Origin: Camelus ferus
Lineage: Eukaryota
Length of the DNA stretch: 64,000 nt
Direction: 5' to 3'
Assembly (NCBI RefSeq): GCF_009834535.1
Contig: NC_045697.1
Span: 94,056,001 to 94,120,000 of the forward strand
Below are positions 51,576 to 64,000 of this stretch, piece by piece. The position numbers and the translations under genes are program-made. The notes beneath the pieces are model-generated. The model had not been told where the DNA came from, made no database searches, and was given only the letters and a program-made list of their open reading frames with translations. Each line of letters opens with the position of its first letter. Positions within the stretch are counted from its first letter, which is position 1.

Positions 51576-53971
51576 AGATGGCTGGAGTTATCAATCAACA
51601 CAAGAGAAACTTATATACATGAAGAGATAGAATTGTATTATAGGTAAACAAATTCTGTGGCCTTCTATTAATTAATGTTTGGAATATCAAAATGCATGTT
51701 TAGAAGATAATAATATTTGATCATCAACAAGCTGGCTTGGGCTTTTCCACACACTCGGGCATTCAATGATCAGTTTTTTTTGACATTGTGTGAAAACCAC
51801 CCTTATTTATTACTGGGCTACATAGACCACAAATAGACAGCACAATGGTTACAATAAAATATGCCAAGTAAAGTTAAATTAGAGAGAGAAAGTGAGAAAT
51901 GAGAAAGAGAAAAATAAAAAGAATACAATCATCTTCATTCTCCAGTAAGTTTTAAGAGACTGAGAAGCAGTTTTGATTTCTGAAGTCCACGTAGTCCTAT
52001 ACATATGTAAGTTAAAACAAAAAGAAAAGTAATAAAAATAAATGATTGTTGAATAATTCTAGTTAAAATACGGCAAATAATTTAATAAAGTGGTACAGTA
52101 TGCCCCAGGAAGAAGTCAGAAAGAGAAGAAAGATACACATTTTATTTACAAATACAGTAGTACCAAACGTTTTCATTGGGATGCCTTGGTAGATGCTCGC
52201 TTTGTTTTCACCGTTTCTTTGAAAACATGTATGGATTCCCATACCAGTGTTTGCAAATGTTACTCAGTTCAGAGGTGTCTCAGTGACCTGTGATCATGCA
52301 CTTGTAATTATAGAAACCAGAAAGGAAACAAGTGGCGATACCATGAACAGATCACGTGGAATCATGTGACACTGACATAATATTTCACAAATCTCTAAGA
52401 CAAGGAGGCAGCACTGTGGTTATCAGTTAAGGGTATTCTTGCTGGGGTGGGAGGCAAATTTTCAACTGAAAATCAGTTACGTGGGATGAGCAGGTATTAG
52501 GTATTTTAAAAGTGTAGGTATTAACCCAGTATTTCAGTTTAAGATGTAACATTTCTTTCAACCCTCTTAATAGAAGAGGCTCTTGCCTAAGTGGATCCTC
52601 CTGTCTTTAAACAAGACAACATGAAAGAAAGAAAAAGGCTTATGAGGAAGGAAATCTTATTTGTAGAAGAGCCTGCTAACTTTCTCCTTATCACTCAAGT
52701 TTTACGGAGCTTGTTATCCAAGTGGGACCTGATCTGCATTATATATTCACATTCCCAGAGAACTTTAAGTTTTTATCTTTCTATGAAATGATAGTCTCTC
52801 TACTGCATTGCACTTTATTCTCTGTGTGATCACTGATGATTATTACCACTATTTAAATGATATCTCTTAAGTACATTTTTTTCATTAATTGTGCTTATTT
52901 GGAAATCATTCTAGAAACGTGTAATATGTAAATTATAAATATTTTTTAGGGTTTCTCACCCTCCGTCCCCGTAACTTTGGCTAGTGTATTACAGTGCCAA
53001 AAATGGGCTTGACCAATTTAAAAAGGATACAGATTAAATCAAACTCTCTGGTTCTTTTTGTGATACAACCATGACATTATATAATGAAAAGGAAGAAATG
53101 TGAATAAAAATAAATACAAGACATAATAATTATAAAAATTTGTTTATTTATCTTCCCTTTGCATCTGATTTCGAAGAATGTTTTAAGGAACTATTTTTGA
53201 AAAAGTCTTAACACCTTCATGTTGGTTGGCTTGTATTCATCAACTAGTATCTGAACTTTTGTAGCAATTAATCTGATTTTCTGGGGTTTTTTTTAAAGTG
53301 GACCCTGAAAAAGAATAGAATTTTAGTGCAGAACTGAGCCTTGAGAATATTCTGGTCCTTATCCTACCCATGAAATAAAGGAGACAAATATAGACCAACT
53401 TACGGAAGAACCTAACCATAAACCTAACTCTACTTACCCCGACCCTTTCTCTGGACTCTGAGTTCTCAGTCTGTGCCAGGATACGTTTCTGGTCTCTGTG
53501 TCTTACTTTAACTTGAAATCCTGGGAATAACTCTACTTAAAAACACACAAATAAGTCATAGCATCTAGAACTTCATTTTATATTTTAAAATTTCAATGCT
53601 CTCCCTGCCACATGCTCATTTGTAAGGATGATTCTCACGTATAAAGCACCATAAAATTTGGACTAAGAAACTAAAGACTATTCTGACTGTCCTTTTATGG
53701 TTTATATTTAGAATGTTGTTTTAATATATGCATTTTTATTCCCCTTAACAACATGTTATGTTGGCAGCGAATAAGCAAAACTAGAGTCAAACAAATATGA
53801 GTACATCTCCCAGGGAAATCAGATTTAACAAACTGCTGCTTCACCAAGAATAGGGCTGAATAACCTGATTTTACAAAGTCATTATCATCCCACCTATTAA
53901 GTTCACCCAACGTAGCTCAACTTCAACTAATTTATCCCAATGCTGAAAGAAAAATAAGGCAGGAAAAGGGT

Positions 53972-54439
53972 AGTTTTAACCGTCAGCTATCCACTCTGTT
54001 GATGAGGGAGAGAGTGCCACGCTAGGGTTTTGGGATGGGGAACACACAACATCTGACCCTGGACAGACGGGTGAAACTGACAACAACTATTGGTCACATA
54101 TTCTCCCAGCTTTGGGGGAGAAGGACACCACACAAAACACAGGGCCACAGTGTGGGGTTACACTCAGGGACAGAGGGGAAACCAGGGGCTAGAAGAAGCA
54201 GGTTTCGGGAGGGAGGTGTTCTCCTTGGTTCCGGCTGGAGGATGGGACTGGCTCGCTTGAATTCAATGGGGCTGGCCAGGAAATGAAACTCACTGATGAG
54301 GAGAATGGTTTGGCTAAGGGATCTTATCTCCAGGAGGAAAATGAGGAAGGTGAGGTTTGGTTATTTAAGGCACTCCTGGTTATTCCAGATGTCAAGGCAG
54401 TGCACAACACTGGGCCTTAATTTTCATTCTTGGACCATA
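53972..54439 (-). mobile_element. ERVL-class LTR (MER74-like), 3' LTR of a decayed provirus
   Basis: Minus strand starts tatggtccaagaatgaaaattaaggccc...gccttgacatctgg and ends ...catcccaaaaccctag...ccctcatcaac...ttaaaac. This resembles the recalled MER74 consensus. Confidence 0.75.
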
Positions 54440-58810
<4,371 letters not shown>

Positions 58811-58899
58811 AATCTCTGAGAACTGAAGAATTTTAGGTTTTGATCAGGCTTGATTCAAGCCAAATTTGTTAGAAGTTAAGCTTAGATTTTTTGAAAGGT

Positions 58900-60300
58900 T
58901 TTTTATATCGTCTTCTGAAGTAGAACATTTTCATAAATAAACTTTTCATGAGCGCAGTTTCCCCAACATCTTTGGAAACTTATGAGAAGATCTTTGTCAT
59001 CAAGTTCTGAAATTACATAGCATCCTGTCATTTGATGTGTAACTATTTTAAATCATATTGTAGGTACTTAGTAACTCTTTCAATCTTTAAATGCAAGCTT
59101 TTCAGTTTTTGGAAAAAGTTTTGGATTATTTCTTTCATCATTTCTTACTCTTATTTTCTTCATCTTGTTTGGTTCCTTATTTGGAAGCTGAAACTCCTCC
59201 ACCAACCTACCAATTTTCTTCACTTTTTCTTTCCTATTTTCTGTATTTTAAAAAACTACTTTCTGGGAGATTTTCTCATGTTTATCATCCAAGCTTCTAT
59301 TGAGCTTTTTATTTAATTATTTTATTATTATTTTGAACCCAAGTTCTTTTTGTTTTCTGAATATTCCTATTTTAAGCTATTTTGAACTGTTTTTCATGTA
59401 TGCAGTATTTTCTCTTATTCATCTCTAGATATTGATGATGGTCTGTATTACATTTTATTTTCCCTGAATAGTGTCTCTTTCCAAGAATTATAGAAGAGAT
59501 TTTTTTTGCAAATGTCTTGTGATACTTGGCTGCCTGCTCATATTTAACAACAGTATTCAAAAAATGCTAAAGGCAAACACTCTGCTTGTTTGGAGGGCCT
59601 GTGGAGTATCTTTGTCTGTAGGATGATCTGTCTGGACCATTTGATTAAGAAATCCTCAATATCAGTGTGTTAGATATATTTTTCTTCTTGGGCTAGTTAA
59701 TACAAAGAGAAGTATTTTTGGGGTTTCTGCCAGGAGGTATAAGCTTGGGCAATGGTATTCTGAAAGCTAGCTGGGAAAAGATGCACGATTCAAAATCTCT
59801 TGGTATGATCATCTCACATTAGACATGCCTGCTGTCTTCCAATCTAGGCATCTCTCTCTTAACCTCCTTGAGGACAAATCTCGTGTCTTCTAGCCAGAGG
59901 GGATAATCGATCAGCTACACGTACTGTCGATGAGAGTAAGTTGGAAGTCTAATTGCTTCTTAATGACATTTTTTATCCTTTTTATTTTTATATTCACTCC
60001 CACTTCAGAACTAATTTGTTCTATCAATTCCTAAGCCTTCAGAATTTTCAGTGGGATAAATCAGTTATCTTCTTTATGCTCTAAACTTCCAGCTAAAGAT
60101 TACATATTTTCAAAGCTACTAAGTCAATTATAACTTATTGATCTACTTCCAAACTTAGAAAATGTTGTCACTATTGTTTCCCTCACTTGTTTATTTGTCT
60201 TTTATTTGCTCTTGTACGTTTAAAATTTTCTTTTTAATCTCAGTGAAGTTTTAGGAAGAGGGAAGGTTAGTGCATGAATTCACCTCTTCTCTGTCTTCAA
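58900..60300 (-). mobile_element. Highly decayed old L1M body
   Basis: Strongly T-biased + strand with L1-like phrases (ggaaaaagttttggattatttcttt, ttctattgagctttttattt). Boundaries are approximate. Confidence 0.45.
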
Positions 60301-61363
60301 CCGGAAGCTTGAAAATGAAATTTGAGCATAATGAGCAAAGGCTTACAAATGTGACAGAGAGTGTCGTGAAGATTCATTAGATTACTGAGGGTTTGTGAGA
60401 TTCTTGCTAGTGTATTTTTTGTTGTTGTTAAGGCTACATAGAAAGCACTGATATGTTTGCTATTGGGTCACATTTAGAAATTGATAATCTAAATTTAAAA
60501 TTTAAATACTTCCTTTCAAATCAATAGATGAGATCATAAAACATGATATGTAATCCCATTTTCCCCAAATGCGACTATTACAATAATTTATTTTTCACTT
60601 TTGATTAGTAACAACTTTATCCTTGAGAGCGAGTGGAATTTTAGATCAACAATGTTAACATCAAATACGTGATATGCATTGCGATATCTGATATTGATTA
60701 GAATGGTGAGTATTTACACAACTGTCTTTAAGGTTATAATTACATATGAAAATACAATTTAAACCCCAATAGAGCTTTTCTCTCATTACATTGGTTTATT
60801 CACCATATTACTCTGCTTTGAATAGTGCCTGAAATTAGCGTCCAAATAGTATCAGGCGACTTGCAAGCTTCAGTACTTGAGGTCAATTTAATTACACTGT
60901 GCATGACAGAAACGAGGCCATTTGGGTATTGCCTTTGCCACCAGCAATTGACACCTGAGTGTTAATGAGCTGGTAATTAAGAGCTGGCACACATAGACAC
61001 ATTTTACTGTTTGGGACTAGGATAACCATATGCTACATAACTTCGGTGCTAAGTATTTTGTTAGCTCCAGAATTTACACAATTATGTTTGTAAGGTTTTT
61101 TTATATCTCAATTTTCTCATGGTAAAAAAAAGATAAAAACAGTTATTTTAAAGATTTAACTAACTGCACTCATCATTTTCAAGTTATGAAACTTTCTAAA
61201 ACTAGCAAGATTATCATTGGAGAGGAAATATTTGCGAAGAAATAGAACTGCAAAATTTTTGTAGTAGCATTTACTTTTAGTTTAAAACCACATTTACATT
61301 TATTTTGAAAAGTCTTTTGTAATATTAAAAAGTACCAAAAGCAACTTAGTATGAGTGTATATA

Positions 61364-61879
61364 TGTGGAGTAGGCAGCCTCTGGGATGGCCCATAATGAT
61401 TTCCATCTCCTGGTATTTACACCATGAGTAGTCCCCTTCGTTTGAAGTTAGGTGGGATACAGTAACCCACTTCTAAGGAATAGAATGTGGTAGAGTGAGG
61501 GAATGTCACTTCTCATATTAGTTCTAAAAAGGCTATGACTTCCATCTTGGGGAACGTCTTGTGCTCTCTCTCATTCTCTTGTGGACTGCTTGTGGAGATG
61601 TCATGAGGACAGTTTTGTGGTAAGACCCAGGTGGCCAGAGATCAAGTCCTATCAACAACCATGAGAGTGAGCTTGGAAGCAAGACCCTCTCCCTCAACTT
61701 GAAGAAGCCATGTCTTCAAAGGAGATCATGGTTCCTGCCAAGAGCTTGACTGCAGTCTCAAGAGAGGCCACAGCCAGAGGCATCCGGTTAAGCTGCACTA
61801 AGGATTGTGCGCCACACAAATTGTGAGATGATAGTGTGTTTTGGGGTATATTGTTACATGGCAACAGGTAACTAACACA
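61364..61879 (+). mobile_element. MaLR solo LTR (MLT1E/F-like)
   Basis: Starts TGTGG...gcagcctctgggatggcccataatgatttccatctcctggtatt and ends gttttggggtatattgttacatggcaacaggtaactaacaCA, which are typical MLT1 termini. Confidence 0.85.
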
Positions 61880-63599
61880 CTGTGTAAGTGAGAATCCTAT
61901 TGTCTGCTACAGCAATATGAAGTATTGATTTTTCTGGTGCGATGTGGCCATTTTCACAGATAACTCATGTAATGTACTTGCTCTGTTTCTTTGATGTCCT
62001 TCTCAATTTTCAGTTCTCCGTTCCTCTTCTCCTCCCTACCTCGCCAAAAAGTGCCCATCACTTCTGGATTAATCTTCTATTGGCTTTTAAAAAAACTGTT
62101 CTTAACAGATAAAAAAAATGTATTAACTTTTAGTGAATTTTAGTTGTGGGAATTACTTCTAATTTTCTTTTTTGAAAGAGTTTGCTTTTCCATCCAACCC
62201 TCTACAGGACATACAGCCTCTTATATGCAGATTGGTATAATTACACTTTGAAATAGCTTTGAATTCCCTGTAGCTGAAACTGAGAACATGAAAGGCCAAA
62301 TGTTATATCAAACTGAAGGATATAAAGGTGCACGCACGTCAATCCAAAATGAGATATAGAAATGAACAGCTCTTTACACAGTGGTTCAGTTTTTGACAGA
62401 TTATTGAAGGATCCTTATAACTGCCGAGACTGCCTTGGGTTGGATGAAAACTCTGCCTGGGGATAACCTTATCAGTTTGTATTTTTTATTCTTTCGATAC
62501 CAAAAGGTGAGTAGATGTTAAGTGAAACGAGAGAAATACTCTCTGACAAAAGCTTTAAGTCTCTTCCCCAAAGATGACACCTGGCCCCAAATTGTAAAAC
62601 ACAGTGCGATCTGATGATGGGATCATCTACCCAATCTGTCAGGCTACGGGTGGCAGCCTAGATGAGGAGGTTGCATTTTAGGAAGTTGACAGAGATCCCA
62701 CGTGGCAATCTTCAACTCCGAGAGATCACAGTGACAGAAAAGGGCCTCTTCTGCTCTGGAGGAGAGTTTATTGTGCCAGTGACAGACCCATCAGGAGGAT
62801 TTAAAGCACCCACATTCTTTCTTATTGCCAACAGGAAGATAAAAGAAACACAGTGGATTTTTGTATGTTTAAAACCTTGAAATTAACACTATTTATTTAA
62901 AAACAGATTAAAACCCCCCCAACTTTATGCTGAAAGAGTATGTCCTGTGAACATTTACTACATCCTCTGCTTTAAGTAAATTACCTCTTAGAATTGTTCT
63001 TTTGTATCAAGCATGAATAAAATTTTTTTTCCTACCTAAAAGGCATATCGTCTCCTGAAATTATAATACAAGCAAAAGAATAGAATATCCACTCTATTTG
63101 CTTTGTCAAGCAGAAAGGAATACATCTCAAAACTGAAAACAAAAAGGCCCTAAAATTCTGGTGCTTCTAGAATGTGCAGATATTAAGGAGGTATAATTGA
63201 AATCAGAGCAAGAGGGGCATAAAACTTTTTAAACAAAGTTTACACTTTGAAATTGATACTGATTAAAGTAGAAGTGAGTAGGTGATGCGTATAATATTTA
63301 TGTATTCAGCCTAGGCTAGGACATTTTGCCGTGTTTGGCACTTTGCAGAGCACACCACTTATTAATTTGCAAAGTATGTATAGAAGGAAATGATGATAAC
63401 TCAAGTAGTAGTTAAGAAAAACATAATTATTAATTAGCTCTGACACTGCAATAAGAAATCTACTAAAATGCCTCTTTTCTGAAATAATCAGCAAGGATTT
63501 GAAAAAAATTCAAAGGCTTTAAACATATAACTCAATGCATACATCGGGCTGGTATCACTCCCCCTTAACTTTCATACTATGGGAAATTGATGGACAATA

Positions 63600-63745
63600 T
63601 GGAAGAATAGCACGGTGATTCTGAAATTGTTTCAAGCTGGATTTTATTTTAGCTCTACTACTTAAAATGATGTGACCCTGGTCAAGTTTTGCAGTTAACT
63701 TGGAGACGCAAATCAGTTCTCATATCTAAATTAGGGTCATGAAAT
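63600..63745 (+). mobile_element. MIR SINE fragment
   Basis: ttagctctactactt...tgtgaccctggtcaagtt...tcagttctcatatctaaattaggg. Confidence 0.6.
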
Positions 63746-64000
63746 GAATTTTAGTTGGAAAAGATGTCAAACAAAACAATCTCCAGCTTATAGAGAGAAT
63801 CTTTTACAGAGAGATTTGGAAAGGGGGACATACGCATCCCATAACTTCACGTGAAATTTCCTGGTCAGGGAAACTTTTGGGTAGAAATAAAAAACAAGCA
63901 ATACTCCCCCACTCCACCCCCACCCACAACACTCTGAACAGACTACAAAAATGCTTCTAGTTATTAGTGATGGGTAATAGTAGCTTCTAAGTTACACTGG

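Overview
Mammalian genomic DNA containing the complete protocadherin-10 gene (PCDH10, a delta-2 protocadherin) on the + strand. It has a CpG-island promoter, a long purine-rich 5' leader and five coding exons (4510-7134, 8716-8774, 9342-9448, 17330-17635, 44446-44465). All junctions are GT-AG and phase-consistent, giving 3117 nt or 1038 aa. Read-through of the exon 1 donor gives a short 894-aa isoform. The rest is AT-rich intron and intergenic DNA with old repeats (MIR, L2, CR1/L3, L1M, MER53, Charlie-like, MLT1), one young 5'-truncated L1 with a perfect 15-bp target-site duplication, and a decayed ERVL (MER74/HERVL74-like) provirus in which RT, RNase H-side and integrase motifs are still readable. 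The L1 3' ends and the absence of Alu, B1/B2, Bov-tA, PRE-1 and SINEC suggest a camelid-like laurasiatherian (inference). Repeat family names come from recalled consensus sequences, not a database search. I found no evidence of a wholly new biological system. The best leads are candidate alternative C-terminal exons in intron 4, a uORF-dense leader, G-quadruplex-prone polyglycine tracts and the fossil provirus.
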